From NCBI GenBank assembly GCA_046538485.1, contig JBKHIT010000016.1, positions 18,726 to 82,725 of the forward strand: a stretch of DNA of 64,000 nt, in the 5' to 3' direction. Source of the DNA: Candidatus Brocadiia bacterium. GTDB lineage: Bacteria; Planctomycetota; Brocadiia; SM23-32. This document shows, piece after piece, positions 1 to 10,905 of this stretch. The position numbers and the translations under genes were made by a program. The notes beneath the pieces were generated by a model, which worked only from the letters and a program-made list of their open reading frames with translations, had not been told where the DNA came from and did not search any database. The first letter of the stretch is position 1, and each line of letters starts with the position of its first letter.

Positions 1-1
1 C

Positions 2-3000
2 CTGACTTTGAAACTTGACCGGGCTGCGAGTTTCTACTACGTGCTGGAACAGGCGGAAATACAGAGCGTCAGCCCGACGGCCTATGTTAAAGAGGTTAAC
101 GTTGACAAAGTCCGCTACGAGTCTGGTGATAAGCTGAAAGGGGAAGTGGACATTGTTGCGTTCAATGCCGGTGCTCGCGGGAAACTTCAACTGTTTTTTG
201 AGCATGGAGTCCAAAATCGGACTCTTGCGAAGGAGATCGACCTTAAGCTCGATCAAGGCAGCCGACGGGTCTCCGTTGAACTTCCGCTTCCGGATCGCAA
301 ACTCGGACACGCTCTTGTGGCCCGATTTATCCCCGCTGAGGGGGCTCTTGCGTACGAGAATGCCGAGTATTTTAACATTGCCGACAATTTTTATCGCGTG
401 GCAATCCATTTTGGCAATCCGATTCACCGGCAGACGTTTCGGAGCGAAGAAGCGATGCGGGGTGGTATCGAGAAAGCGGTCCGATCTTACGCCAACTGCC
501 GTGAAATCTTTTTCTGGGCCGAAGAGGATATGGTGGAGATGAGCCCGGAGTCGGATTACTGGTTTTCGGGCCAGACCACTTACCACATGAGCAAAGAAGG
601 TCTCAAACGGTGGATTGATATTGCCCATGAATATGGCGTAGGGGTCGCGACGTATGGCAAGTTTATCATGTCGGGGTATCTCGGCTGGAAAACCGCTTAT
701 GATCATCCTTTCTACCACAAGAAACAGTATTCCTTTCCGCTCGGAATGTGGGAAGGTGTGAATGTCGCAGCCCTGGACAGGTTTAAAAATAAAGAATTCG
801 CGGGTTCTCCGCCCGTTACAGAAGGTCTTTTTGGCAGAAACTACGCCGGTCTTCCATTCATGCCGATAAACCCCGATCCGGTACCCCATAACGTCCGCCG
901 GGCCGCCGAAGAGGTCAACCGCTCGATCGAGATGTTTGGCTGGGATGGGATTCGCTGGGACGGTCATCCGAAAGGCGCCGGTTCATGGGGAAATTCCTGC
1001 GGTGGTGTTCGGAACAAGAAATACAGCTATACGGGACATCGCAAGACGCAGACTCTCGTGCGTTATTTCAAGGATATTGTCGCCAGCAAGCATCCGGGAT
1101 CTCAGCACGGGTACAACTACCTGCACACTCAGGGAGAGCCGTTTTATGAATGGGCGTATGAAGATTTCGAGCTGCAGGAACTCTGCCGTGGCGGCGGGTT
1201 GCTCATGAACGAGTCGATCCGTAAGAGCCACGGTCACACTTTCGAGTGGATGGCGCGCAACCTCCAGGTCGAAGGTGATCTTGCCCGAGAAAGGGGAGGC
1301 TTGCTGCTCGGAATCTCGTGCGATCACGTCAGCGACCGGGACACGTTTATTGAGTCGATTCTCTGGTTCGCCGCGGGTTGCCGGCCGTACAGCGGAGCGG
1401 GGGAGAACCGCATCCTGAACCGTTACGCCACCCGGTTTTCGAAATATGTTTTCGATGAAACAATGACGCGTCTTGCCGGGCCGGGAAAAGTGTTGAGGCC
1501 AGCGCAAAAAACGCAGCTCTGGTGGACGCCGTTCGTTTACGAAACCCGACGCCATGGCGAGAGCTCTCAGCTCGTCGTCAACCTCCTCAATCTGCCGCGC
1601 AAGGATAAAGTCGGGGAGAAATCCGAACCGCTTAGGCTTTGTCCCGGCACGGATCCGTTTGCTTTTCAGACTACTCTTCCCGAGAGCTATCGCGTAAGTG
1701 CCGCTCATCTGATTGATCCGTTCACGCTGAGGCGAACTGAAATTGGACTGCGGGGAAAACGGCTTGAAATCCCGTCGGTTGCCATCTGGCGGGTGCTCGT
1801 GCTGGATTTAAAATCAGACGAAGAATCGCCGACTTTGGGCGAATTGTTTGGTCCACCCCGCACGGTCGGCGTGAAACGGGAAAACCTGAAGGTAGAACGA
1901 CGCAGGCCGCTGACTCTCGATCCCGAAGCATCGGAAGAAGAGGTTTACCATGCCTGGAAGAAACGTTTTCCCGGCCCTGAAAATCTCTGGTGGGAGGAAA
2001 AGAAAAAATACCGTGAGATGTCTGCGGAAAAACGAAATCAAGCGCTGTGTGAAGTGCGAAAACCCATCGAACATTATCTGAAAAGCTATCCCTACGGCGT
2101 CAAACTGCCTGCCGACCTGAAAATGAAAGAGGATCCCCCGGAGTTCGGGAACATGGCACCTCTACGGAATGGTATTACCGATATCTTTTACGGCCGTGGC
2201 GCGATGGATTACCGGTGGGGTTTGTACGGCGCTTTCGCGCACGTGGACCGGGTTCGTATTCATGAAGCGCGGCTGAAATGCCCCCACGGTGGCAAACGAT
2301 TTGACCTCCGGGAGAACGTATCCGCGCGGGAACTGCCACGCTACGATGTCTTATGCTACGCGGATCTTCCCCATGCCGCGATCGGCGTCCGACAGAGCTA
2401 CGCGCTTGTTCCCTATGTTCGTGCCGGAGGCGGGGTTCTGTTCCTGGGCGGAGAATATTCGTTCGGGAAAGGCCGTTACGCCCACACCGTGCTTGACCGG
2501 AAGATTTTGCCCGTCATCTCCATTCGGCCGCGTGATAACCGTTACGTTCGGGAAGCCCTCCATCTCGAACCGGGTAAGGATTTCGGTGAACTCGGGGTGG
2601 AGTGTGATTTCAGCGCCGAGCCGGCCTTCTGGGCCTGGAACGAAGTGGCCTTGAGGCCGGATTCCAATGTCAAAGTCTTCCTCAAAGCCGGCAACCGGCC
2701 GATTCTTGTGGGCTGGCAAAAAGGCGAGGGCCGGGTGGCCTGCCTGATGGCGATGCATCGGGGACATTCCAACCCGGAAGCAACAGCTTTTTTTGAATGG
2801 AACGACTGGCCGAGTCTTCTTGGCGCTGTTCTGCGCTGGCTTTCACCAAAAGCGTCGGTGGTGCGGGAACGTGAAGTCGATTTTGACCGGTCGAAGATTG
2901 CCGATTTGAAAGACGAACTCGAGGGAGATGTTATGGAGGATCTGATGGGTGTGGGGGACGAGGACAGCGGGGACGGCGGCCTGACGCTGGGCGGCACCGA

Positions 3001-3994
3001 CGGTGGTTCGGAGGAGTCGAGCAGAACTGCGAAAGCGCTTTCTCAGCAAGAACTTGCGGCCCGCGTATCGCTTCTCAGGAAGCTGCTCAAGAGGGACGAT
3101 CCGGAGATTCTTGGTTTAGTCGCCGATCAACTCGCGATGGTGGGCAACCTGCCCGATGAACTTCGGTTCAGCATGGCTCTGGCTGCCTGTCGACTCAAAA
3201 CTGATATGCTCGAACAGAAGGCCCGCCAGTGCGTCCAAAAAACCGATCTTACGATACGAGGTTACGGGTACATGTTGCTCGCCGCATCGGGTTCCGAGGA
3301 CTTCCCTGAGCTGTTCGACGAACAGGGTAACGCCCCTGAGATTGACCCCGCGAAGCGCCGGCGATATCTTGCGATGGCCGTCCCGTTTTATCCGGAAAAG
3401 GATCTGATGGCAGAGGCTCGGGATCGTATTGAAAGCTGGAACCGGACCGAGCAGAAGGTGAAACGACGTTACACGGGGGGAGAAGGCTTTTCAATGGCGG
3501 CTCCTGAGGTGCCGTGTCTCGATTCTGAAAGTCTGTTTCGTCGTGTCGGTTGGCTCGCGTACGCTGCCCGTTGGGATACCGAGGAATACGCCGCCCAGTT
3601 TGCGCGCGAGTGGGCAATGCTCGGACAGTATCGTGACCTGTGCGATCGGACATCGTCTAACCTGTGGGAAGCTCTCGCCCAGGGGCCTTCGGGGCCGGAT
3701 GACAGGGCTCGTGTGCGGCGCCGGACTGCTGAGTTAAGGCGCTTTAAAGCTCTGCTCTGCCAGCTTCAACGGGCCACACGTCCGCGTCTGGATTCGGTTC
3801 TGGAAGCTCGGCCGGAGCTGGTGGCCCGGGGGCTGGCCGGAGGACGGTTCCTCAAGGAGGTAAAACAGACAATCAACCTTCTGGGTGATATTCCGGCGGG
3901 GGAAGCTCTCCCGATACTACGGATCGTTCGAGAGGCCGAACAGCCTTTGCTGGCGGGGTTTGCTCAAACGCGGCTGAAGGAGGCGGGACCGTAA
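2..3994 (+). CDS. Large multidomain protein, 5'-partial: glycoside-hydrolase-like TIM-barrel region, class I glutamine-amidotransferase-like domain, helical C-terminus
   Basis: Frame is open from the window edge, >1328 aa. 'FGWDGIRWD' resembles a GH catalytic strand and 'LVVNLLN' a GH C-terminal beta domain. 'YVRAGGGVLFLGGEYSFG' and 'GEGRVA' are GATase1-like. Confidence 0.6.
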   Translation: MTLKLDRAASFYYVLEQAEIQSVSPTAYVKEVNVDKVRYESGDKLKGEVDIVAFNAGARGKLQLFFEHGVQNRTLAKEIDLKLDQGSRRVSVELPLPDRKLGHALVARFIPAEGALAYENAEYFNIADNFYRVAIHFGNPIHRQTFRSEEAMRGGIEKAVRSYANCREIFFWAEEDMVEMSPESDYWFSGQTTYHMSKEGLKRWIDIAHEYGVGVATYGKFIMSGYLGWKTAYDHPFYHKKQYSFPLGMWEGVNVAALDRFKNKEFAGSPPVTEGLFGRNYAGLPFMPINPDPVPHNVRRAAEEVNRSIEMFGWDGIRWDGHPKGAGSWGNSCGGVRNKKYSYTGHRKTQTLVRYFKDIVASKHPGSQHGYNYLHTQGEPFYEWAYEDFELQELCRGGGLLMNESIRKSHGHTFEWMARNLQVEGDLARERGGLLLGISCDHVSDRDTFIESILWFAAGCRPYSGAGENRILNRYATRFSKYVFDETMTRLAGPGKVLRPAQKTQLWWTPFVYETRRHGESSQLVVNLLNLPRKDKVGEKSEPLRLCPGTDPFAFQTTLPESYRVSAAHLIDPFTLRRTEIGLRGKRLEIPSVAIWRVLVLDLKSDEESPTLGELFGPPRTVGVKRENLKVERRRPLTLDPEASEEEVYHAWKKRFPGPENLWWEEKKKYREMSAEKRNQALCEVRKPIEHYLKSYPYGVKLPADLKMKEDPPEFGNMAPLRNGITDIFYGRGAMDYRWGLYGAFAHVDRVRIHEARLKCPHGGKRFDLRENVSARELPRYDVLCYADLPHAAIGVRQSYALVPYVRAGGGVLFLGGEYSFGKGRYAHTVLDRKILPVISIRPRDNRYVREALHLEPGKDFGELGVECDFSAEPAFWAWNEVALRPDSNVKVFLKAGNRPILVGWQKGEGRVACLMAMHRGHSNPEATAFFEWNDWPSLLGAVLRWLSPKASVVREREVDFDRSKIADLKDELEGDVMEDLMGVGDEDSGDGGLTLGGTDGGSEESSRTAKALSQQELAARVSLLRKLLKRDDPEILGLVADQLAMVGNLPDELRFSMALAACRLKTDMLEQKARQCVQKTDLTIRGYGYMLLAASGSEDFPELFDEQGNAPEIDPAKRRRYLAMAVPFYPEKDLMAEARDRIESWNRTEQKVKRRYTGGEGFSMAAPEVPCLDSESLFRRVGWLAYAARWDTEEYAAQFAREWAMLGQYRDLCDRTSSNLWEALAQGPSGPDDRARVRRRTAELRRFKALLCQLQRATRPRLDSVLEARPELVARGLAGGRFLKEVKQTINLLGDIPAGEALPILRIVREAEQPLLAGFAQTRLKEAGP

Positions 3995-4013
3995 CGGGAC
4001 GGGCAGACTTTTT

Positions 4014-7000
4014 TCACCACTCCTTTTTTTTGGGGACGTTCGGTCTTCGCTCGGGATTGTTCCGCCATGGGTCGGGCTTGTCGCGGGGAGGAGGGGGGAG
4101 CAATTCTTTCAGGTTCCAGACCTTGATTGTCCCTGAGGTTTCGCCGGCCGTTGCCAGAAGACGTCCGTCGGGGGTAAAGGCAAACGCGGCGACATTATGT
4201 CCGGGTTCCCAATCGGCCAGCCTGTCCATTCGTTTGATGTCTCGCAGTTCGACGACGCTCCCGCGGTCGGAGCGCACGCCCGCCGAAGCGAGAAGGTGCC
4301 TGTCGGGGCTGAACGCCACATACACCGGTTCGTCATGTTCGTAAGAGACGGGCGTCGAGATAAGAGCACCCTTTCGGGGATCCCAGATCTTTACAGAGCC
4401 ATCGAGAGATCCGCTTGCCAGCCGGGAACTTTCTGGATGGAAGCTGAGTGAAGTCACGTCAGTGCGATGATGTTTCATGTACTCTTTGAGGCGGGAGTTT
4501 TCGAGGTCCCAGATGGCAATTCGATCTCCTTCTGTTCCGGCCGCCAGCCGACCGTCAGGAGAGACCGCCAGAGTGCGTCCGTCGAGACGGCCTTTCCCAA
4601 CAGGTTTCGGCCGCGACTCGCGGATATTCAGCCAGCTGAGGGCGCCATCCCGGCCGAAAAGCAAAGCTTCGCCCCTGTTTTCGTAGCACAAGCTTTTCCC
4701 TTTGGACTGGAAAGACCACTCGCGGAGCGATTTCCCGGAGTCGCCGTCCCGGAGCCTGATAGTTGTGTTTCTTGCTTTTGGGTTGGAAGTCAGGGTTGCG
4801 AAGCGGTCATTGCGTGGGTTGATATCGAATCCCTGGAGTGGTTTTGGAAAAGGGCCTATCTCAAACACCTTATCCCCTGTGTCGATATTCCATTTTTGGA
4901 CAACGCTTTTTTTGAAATCTGCGTGGAAAAGGTGGACGCTGTCGTTGCTGAACTTGAGAGCGACGCTCCCTCCACCTGGCAGTCCAGTTCGGATTATTCT
5001 CCTGCAGCCGTGGGGCATGTCTTCCGGGCTTTGAGTATCCTGCGGCGTTTCACCGAAAAGTGTTATTTCCGGAAGAGGGCCCTGATCGGGATCCGTGCCA
5101 TAGGTCCAGAGACATAGTTCTGTATCCCGCACATCGACCAGATAAGTACCTTTTTGGCTGAAAGCGATGGGCCCATCGTGATCCGGAAGGTCTCTTACCA
5201 GGTCTGCGGTGGAGGGATCCCAGATCTTGAGTCCGCCGTCGTTGCCGGCCGCGGCCAGGTATTTCCCATCGGGGCTCAGGGAAATCCAGCGGGCGGGACG
5301 GTCTTCGTCATCGATGAGACGGTAGTTTTTTGCCCCTCGGCTTCGGGCCCACAGTTTCCCAGTTTTTGTGCTGAAGGCTACGGTTTTTGAAGAGTGTTCG
5401 AGAGCGATACAGACAACTGGCGAGTTGCACTCATGTTCGCTGAGGATGTTTCCGGAGGAGACGTCGCGGAACTTCACCTTTCCGTCCTCGCCACCGGTCA
5501 CGATAATTCTTCCGTCATGACTGAAAGCAAGGGATCGCACGGTTCCTTCGTGGCCGTGCAGGAGACGCGGACGGTTTCGGGCGCCCAGATTCAACAGCTC
5601 CACGGTGCCGCGGGAACCAGCAATGGCCAGCCACTTCGATTCAGGGCGGAACGCGAGGTCGGCGACGGGTTGTGGTTCTCTGGTAAGAGTTTCAACCACT
5701 CTGGCGTTTCTCGCGTCCCAGAGTTTAACTTTTCCGTCTTTCCCGCAACTGGCCAGCAGCTGGCCGTCCGGGCTGAAAGCGAGAGTCAAAACCAGATCCA
5801 TATGTTCTTTTTCAGCTGCGATCTGTCCTCGATCGAGGGAGAAGAAATGGATTGTACCATCGGGAGTTGCCGCTGCGAGGATCCCGGAGCCGGAATGAAG
5901 CGCCACGGCCGAGGCGGCTGTTTTGAGGTGGTAGTCGTAAACGCGATCGTGAGAGGTCTCCAGTCGCCAGCTTCTCAGGAGTTTGAGCCGGAAGTTCCGT
6001 CCGGCGACGCTGGTGGTCCGGTCCAATTGGCGGCGGCATTTCTCAAGTTTTTGTTCTACCTCGTGGCGGTCCGGGGGAGGGGGGTCCATTTCGTCGGCAA
6101 GGGTAAGCGCGTATTTAAAAATACGGGCGGCCTCATCCAGCTCGCCCCTCGCCATTGCGTCTTCGCCATCTCGGATTTCTTTCCGAAATTGTTTGAGCCT
6201 ATCCTCTCTGGGTTTTTCTTCTTTGAGGTTTTCCCGCACGTACGCCAGCCGACCGAGAAGGTCTCTGTAGTCGGCCGGACGTTTTTTCATCTGGTCGGCG
6301 ATCTCCAGGGATTCGGTATAGGCCCTTGCGGCTCTTTCCCAGTCTCTTTCACTGGCCAGGCGCATGGCTTCGGCGCGCTTTTTTCTGTATCTTGGGCCAA
6401 GGTCCTCTTCGGGCAGATCCGAGAGGATCCGCGCGATCGCTCGCCTGGTAGTTTCCGGATCATCGGCCAGTGGTCTTGCCCGTCGATAAAGTTCCAGTGC
6501 TCTGGCCATATCGCCGCTTTTTTCGGCATCTTCAGCGTCGCGAACCAGCGCCGCGTACTCTTCCCGTTGGCCCGTCCCGCCAGGGGGTCGGCCGCGGCTG
6601 GTGTAGAGGTATGCGATTACCGCGAAGACAATTAAGGCGGCAGCGAAAATTGCCACCGTGGCGACCAGCAGTTTCGATTTTTTAGAGATACCTGTGGGTC
6701 GCTCAGGATCGGCTTTTGCTGGCGCGGTTTTCCCGGCTGTTTGGGAGGGCGGTGCCGTAGAGGTTCCTGCCCGGGCGGTGTTCTGGAGCGGTTTTCCGCT
6801 GAGGATAGCTTCGATTCTCGCGACGGTTTTCTTGCAGTTTGGCATACGCGCATCCGGATCTTTGGCCGTCATGCTGCGAATCAGGTCAGCGGTTGCGTTC
6901 CCGACCGCTGGATTGATCTTCTGGGGATCGGGCAGAGGTTCGTTAACGTGCTGGTAGAGGATGTTCATCGGGGTGTCGCCGGTGAATGGTTGTTCCCCGC

Positions 7001-7832
7001 AGACCATATGGAACAGGGTCACGCCGAGCGAGTAGATATCAGTGCGGTTATCGATATTCTTGGATCCCTGGCACTGTTCGGGAGACATGTAGCCGGGTGT
7101 CCCGGGCGAGGTTCCTGTTTTCGTCAACGACAACATGCTGTCGGATCCACCGACGCGTTTTGCCAGGCCGAGGTCAGCCACCTTGACGGTGCCGTCGGAG
7201 CTGACCAGGATGTTGGCGGGTTTGATATCCCGGTGAATGATCCCTTTTTCGTGGGCTCGGGCGAGTGCTTTTGCGACATCCCGGGTAATACGAAGGGCTT
7301 CTTTTTGTTCCAGCGGCCCTTCCTCCAGCAGTTCGCTGGCGGAGACCCCTTCCACGTATTCCATCACGATGAAGTGGCGTCCGCCTTCTTCGCCGACATC
7401 ATAGATTTGGACGGCATTGGGGTGGGAAATTTGGGCGGCGAGTTTTGCTTCCCTTTCGAAGCGGCCCACGTACATCTCGTCCCGTGCCAGTTCGCCGGGG
7501 AGCACTTTGATGGCGACCGTTCGCTCAAGCGAGATTTGTTTTCCCCGGTACACGGCGCCCATTCCTCCCGCACCGATCTTGCCGAGAATTTCGTATCCGG
7601 CCAGTTTAGGGTGAATGCCGCGTTTGCGCATCTCACGCCTGATCTGACGGCACTGGTCTCTGTCGAGGTAACCTTTATCCCGGGCAATGCGGGGGAGACT
7701 GTGTCCGGAGAGTCCCTTTTCGCGCAACTCCCGGGCGAGTTCCCGGCACTCATCCAACTGCTCGGATGTGATATGTCCCAGTTCAACCGCAAGTTCGCCG
7801 AATACTTTTTCGGGCTTTTTACCGGGCATCAC
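4014..7832 (-). CDS. Membrane-anchored Ser/Thr protein kinase with TPR-like helices and C-terminal WD40 repeats
   Basis: Kinase motifs GAGGMGAVY, VAIK, HRDIKPANIL, DLGLAK and GTPGYMSPEQ; one TM segment; many WD40 units (AFSPDG..LAS...DG.VKLWD). Confidence 0.93.
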   Translation of the reverse strand: MMPGKKPEKVFGELAVELGHITSEQLDECRELARELREKGLSGHSLPRIARDKGYLDRDQCRQIRREMRKRGIHPKLAGYEILGKIGAGGMGAVYRGKQISLERTVAIKVLPGELARDEMYVGRFEREAKLAAQISHPNAVQIYDVGEEGGRHFIVMEYVEGVSASELLEEGPLEQKEALRITRDVAKALARAHEKGIIHRDIKPANILVSSDGTVKVADLGLAKRVGGSDSMLSLTKTGTSPGTPGYMSPEQCQGSKNIDNRTDIYSLGVTLFHMVCGEQPFTGDTPMNILYQHVNEPLPDPQKINPAVGNATADLIRSMTAKDPDARMPNCKKTVARIEAILSGKPLQNTARAGTSTAPPSQTAGKTAPAKADPERPTGISKKSKLLVATVAIFAAALIVFAVIAYLYTSRGRPPGGTGQREEYAALVRDAEDAEKSGDMARALELYRRARPLADDPETTRRAIARILSDLPEEDLGPRYRKKRAEAMRLASERDWERAARAYTESLEIADQMKKRPADYRDLLGRLAYVRENLKEEKPREDRLKQFRKEIRDGEDAMARGELDEAARIFKYALTLADEMDPPPPDRHEVEQKLEKCRRQLDRTTSVAGRNFRLKLLRSWRLETSHDRVYDYHLKTAASAVALHSGSGILAAATPDGTIHFFSLDRGQIAAEKEHMDLVLTLAFSPDGQLLASCGKDGKVKLWDARNARVVETLTREPQPVADLAFRPESKWLAIAGSRGTVELLNLGARNRPRLLHGHEGTVRSLAFSHDGRIIVTGGEDGKVKFRDVSSGNILSEHECNSPVVCIALEHSSKTVAFSTKTGKLWARSRGAKNYRLIDDEDRPARWISLSPDGKYLAAAGNDGGLKIWDPSTADLVRDLPDHDGPIAFSQKGTYLVDVRDTELCLWTYGTDPDQGPLPEITLFGETPQDTQSPEDMPHGCRRIIRTGLPGGGSVALKFSNDSVHLFHADFKKSVVQKWNIDTGDKVFEIGPFPKPLQGFDINPRNDRFATLTSNPKARNTTIRLRDGDSGKSLREWSFQSKGKSLCYENRGEALLFGRDGALSWLNIRESRPKPVGKGRLDGRTLAVSPDGRLAAGTEGDRIAIWDLENSRLKEYMKHHRTDVTSLSFHPESSRLASGSLDGSVKIWDPRKGALISTPVSYEHDEPVYVAFSPDRHLLASAGVRSDRGSVVELRDIKRMDRLADWEPGHNVAAFAFTPDGRLLATAGETSGTIKVWNLKELLPPPPRDKPDPWRNNPERRPNVPKKKEW

Positions 7833-7910
7833 AACTCCCCCTGAAAATATGTGAGAACCATCCTGATGGTATCGAGAACGCCGCCGTTCATCAAGAAACA
7901 GGGCGCGTTC

Positions 7911-9260
7911 TTATGAATTGCCTATGACCAACAGATGGACGTGCTCGGTCTCCGGAAGGGAGAAACGTCCTTCGGGGCCGTCGTGGGACCCGACGGTGGC
8001 AATGATCTCCTCGCGCCCATCGCCGTCCACATCGTCAATGACAATCGGGAAACAGTCGGAGTGGCCGGGCCATTTGTGCCAGCAAGCCGGCGAGCCGTTG
8101 CGATTCAGAACGTGAAGGGAACATTCTTCTGGACCTTGTTTGTAGTGATAGTCCCCTCCGGTGCCACCGCAGACGATCTCCTGTTCCCCGTCGGAGTCCC
8201 AGTCGAGATGCCCCGCCACCATGAGGTCAACCGGGAGCTTCAGACCCCAGACCACCTCCAGATCGTGGTTCAATCGCAGAAGCTTTGAATCGGCCGCCCG
8301 AATATTCGATGCAATGAGTTCCGGGGGATTCGTCCGCGGCAGGACAGAAAACCACTGCAGATGGCTCGCCACATCTTTTGGATAATCGGCTTCCTGGACC
8401 AGTTCTCCCCGGCAGCTATAGATTTTTACCCCCCTGGTGCCGTTGAGGTAAATGATTTCGCGACCCTCGCGGGAAGTGTCCCAGTTACAGACCCAGAGAT
8501 GATCGGGATGGCCGCCCTCCCCCGGTGAAGGGAGACTGAAAAGTCGGGCCCCGTCGTTGTCAAACCATACAACTTGCTTTTCCCCGCAGCATCCGATCTC
8601 GCAGTATCCATCATTATCGATATCGAATGGCCAGGTGTAATGACCGGCAGAGTTGCGGGGGGCGTACTCTTCACAAATAAATTCGGTTTCTCCGCGATGG
8701 TTCAGCACGAGCAGTGATGGTTTGACCATGTGGTTGTAGCGCGGACGTTCGCCGCCGTAGGATTCACGTTCCACTTTTTCGGCCACTGTCAGCGCGATAT
8801 TTTTCCCCGGCCCCGGTGCGATTTTTCGTACTTTCAGACTGGAGTTATTGATCAGATAATCGAGTCTTCGGTGCCATTTCAGCGAGCCATCAGTGGCATC
8901 GAGACAGATGACATCCCCCTGATAGGATGCGAGCAGAACTTCCGGTGTTCCATCTTCATCGAGATCGCCGACGTCTATATCACTGATCTGGACGGATTCT
9001 TCTGGTGGTGGAGCAATATCGGGACTTACCCAGATTGTCGAAGCATCCGAAAGTCGCATGGCGCGCGCCCGATTGGCATTCATAGTGCGCGTTATAATCT
9101 CCGGTTTGCCGTCCCCGTCGATATCCTGTACGAAACCGTGTCGCAGCATTTCACGCTCGCCGTGAATCTCCATGAGGTTGAAATCATTCTGTATGCAACC
9201 GCATCCAAAACCTTCGTTGTAATCCGGCACATCTTCCGGGTTCCACTCCACGAGTTCCAT
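7911..9260 (-). CDS. FG-GAP/VCBS-type Ca-binding repeat beta-propeller protein
   Basis: Five DxDxDGxxE(I/V) motifs. ATG at 9260 follows an AAGGAA RBS. No signal peptide seen. Confidence 0.75.
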   Translation of the reverse strand: MELVEWNPEDVPDYNEGFGCGCIQNDFNLMEIHGEREMLRHGFVQDIDGDGKPEIITRTMNANRARAMRLSDASTIWVSPDIAPPPEESVQISDIDVGDLDEDGTPEVLLASYQGDVICLDATDGSLKWHRRLDYLINNSSLKVRKIAPGPGKNIALTVAEKVERESYGGERPRYNHMVKPSLLVLNHRGETEFICEEYAPRNSAGHYTWPFDIDNDGYCEIGCCGEKQVVWFDNDGARLFSLPSPGEGGHPDHLWVCNWDTSREGREIIYLNGTRGVKIYSCRGELVQEADYPKDVASHLQWFSVLPRTNPPELIASNIRAADSKLLRLNHDLEVVWGLKLPVDLMVAGHLDWDSDGEQEIVCGGTGGDYHYKQGPEECSLHVLNRNGSPACWHKWPGHSDCFPIVIDDVDGDGREEIIATVGSHDGPEGRFSLPETEHVHLLVIGNS

Positions 9261-9281
9261 TGTTTGATTCCTTTGAAACAA

Positions 9282-10031
9282 TTATTCCAGCCAGTTGCTC
9301 AAATCACGTCCTGTGAGATCTTCCAGATGGCGGATGTCGGGCGCAAATACGTCTCGCAGCTCGGACAGGAACTCGGAATCCAGAGATTTCACGTCGGCAT
9401 CTTCGGCGTCGGGGTTGATGTCCTGATCGATGAGCGGAGTTTCAAGGTTGCCTTTGACCTCCAGGAAATCGTAAAACCGGCGCAGGAAGCCTCCTGGATC
9501 GTCGCAGAGATCATCGTAGAACATCACGCAGACCTGCTCGCGCGGGAAGAATTCGTAGATTGCCTCCAGGTGGCGTGCGTAAAATCGCGGGTCCATGTAA
9601 AGCCGAAACCACGAGTGCCCGTGGTGATGAAGGCATTTTTCCAGGGGAATTCCAATGCCTTTTCGAGCGTTAAAACCATACGGTTTGTCTTTCAGGTGAA
9701 TGTGAGCCCAGGCCAGATACAGCGCTTCGATCGGTTGCCGTAGAGTCAATGTCAGTTTGACATCGGGGATATGGCGCGCGATGCGTTCGAGGGCGGGACG
9801 GTAGCACATGTATGAATTGCTGAACTCTCCAACGGCTTTTTCCTCGCCGACGTCGGCAAAATATGTTTCGCGATACCAGTCCAATCCTCTGTGGTAGTGG
9901 ACAGTGAAAAAATTCACGTTATCCGGTGTTTCGGGGACATAAATTTCGTCGTTTTCCCTGCAGATCGAATACAGCCAGCTGGAAGCGGATTTACTGGCTC
10001 CGATATGCAGGAAGTTCGGTAATTGAGGCAT
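9282..10031 (-). CDS. Sulfotransferase family protein
   Basis: PAPS-binding loop 'NFLHIGASKSASSWL', plus 'GEFSNSY', 'LRQPIE' and 'YDDL..DP'. Confidence 0.88.
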   Translation of the reverse strand: MPQLPNFLHIGASKSASSWLYSICRENDEIYVPETPDNVNFFTVHYHRGLDWYRETYFADVGEEKAVGEFSNSYMCYRPALERIARHIPDVKLTLTLRQPIEALYLAWAHIHLKDKPYGFNARKGIGIPLEKCLHHHGHSWFRLYMDPRFYARHLEAIYEFFPREQVCVMFYDDLCDDPGGFLRRFYDFLEVKGNLETPLIDQDINPDAEDADVKSLDSEFLSELRDVFAPDIRHLEDLTGRDLSNWLE

Positions 10032-10449
10032 TCTTGGATCTCCTGATGAACCGGATCAGATTCCTTAGAATTATTCCGCTGAGCACAACATGGCCTTCCA
10101 ATATAACGGCAAACCATGTCCGTTGCAGTGAGAAACGAATTCTGCTCCGTTTGCCGCCGAGAAACGAATCGAGTGTGGAGGCCCGTCTTGCGGAACGGCA
10201 GGGCGCGCTCGGCGATTTTCGGGATGTGAAAGGAGAATGTAGAAAGGAGTCCGCAGAGGAGAGCGCTTTATTGAGCATTTTGTTTTGTGGAAACTTCTTT
10301 TTTTGCTGTATGTCCTCTCTCCTCTCTACTTTCTCCTTACTTTCTCCTGCTCTAACGATTTCATCTTCGCAAAATGAAATCGGTTGCCCTAAATCGTATG
10401 TAGCGTCCCGGATACGTGAGGGCAAGCTATATTCCGGGAAGTCTCAAAA

Positions 10450-10905
10450 ACCAGAAACGGCTGCGATTTCGGAACATGCCCGAGAGCTATAGGTCCGCTT
10501 CGCCGAGGCGGACCTGCCGTTAGTATTGCCCCGCAGTCGTGGGGCTGGCCAAACACCGTGCCAGCGCTCTGCGGCCAAATTAACAGGTTTTCGCACCGCG
10601 TTCTGAACTCCAGCGCCGCGTGGCGGTTCTGAAGTCCAGTCCGCTCCGGGGAAATGGAGACTCGAGTTCAGCTGAGTCCGCAATGGCGGAGGAAGCGGGA
10701 CCTGAGGCGGACGAAACTTGGAAAATGGCAACTCGGACGAAACTGCCCGCGTTCTGAACTCCAGCACTGCAGGAGCGGTTCTGAAGTCCAGTCCGCTGCG
10801 GGCCCAATCTTCTTCACCCACGGGACGAGCCCGTGGGGGCCGAAAGCCAGCTGGGAGGGCGGTTTACAAACGCATGTAGCACAGGCTCTCCAGCCTGGGG
10901 ACCGG
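10450..10905. repeat. Composite REP-like repeat array (copy A)
   Basis: Two copies of CCGCGTTCTGAACTCCAGC...GTTCTGAAGTCCAGTCCGCT at 10596 and 10747, plus a GTAG hairpin GTAGCACAGGCTCTCCAGCCTG at 10876. All modules recur inverted at 17564-18102. Confidence 0.8.

Noticed and set aside
5394..7844. Long plus-strand ORFs (413 and 367 aa); similar ones at 44951, 53061, 57306 and 60817
   Set aside because: Antisense shadows of well-supported genes in GC-rich DNA, with no motifs.
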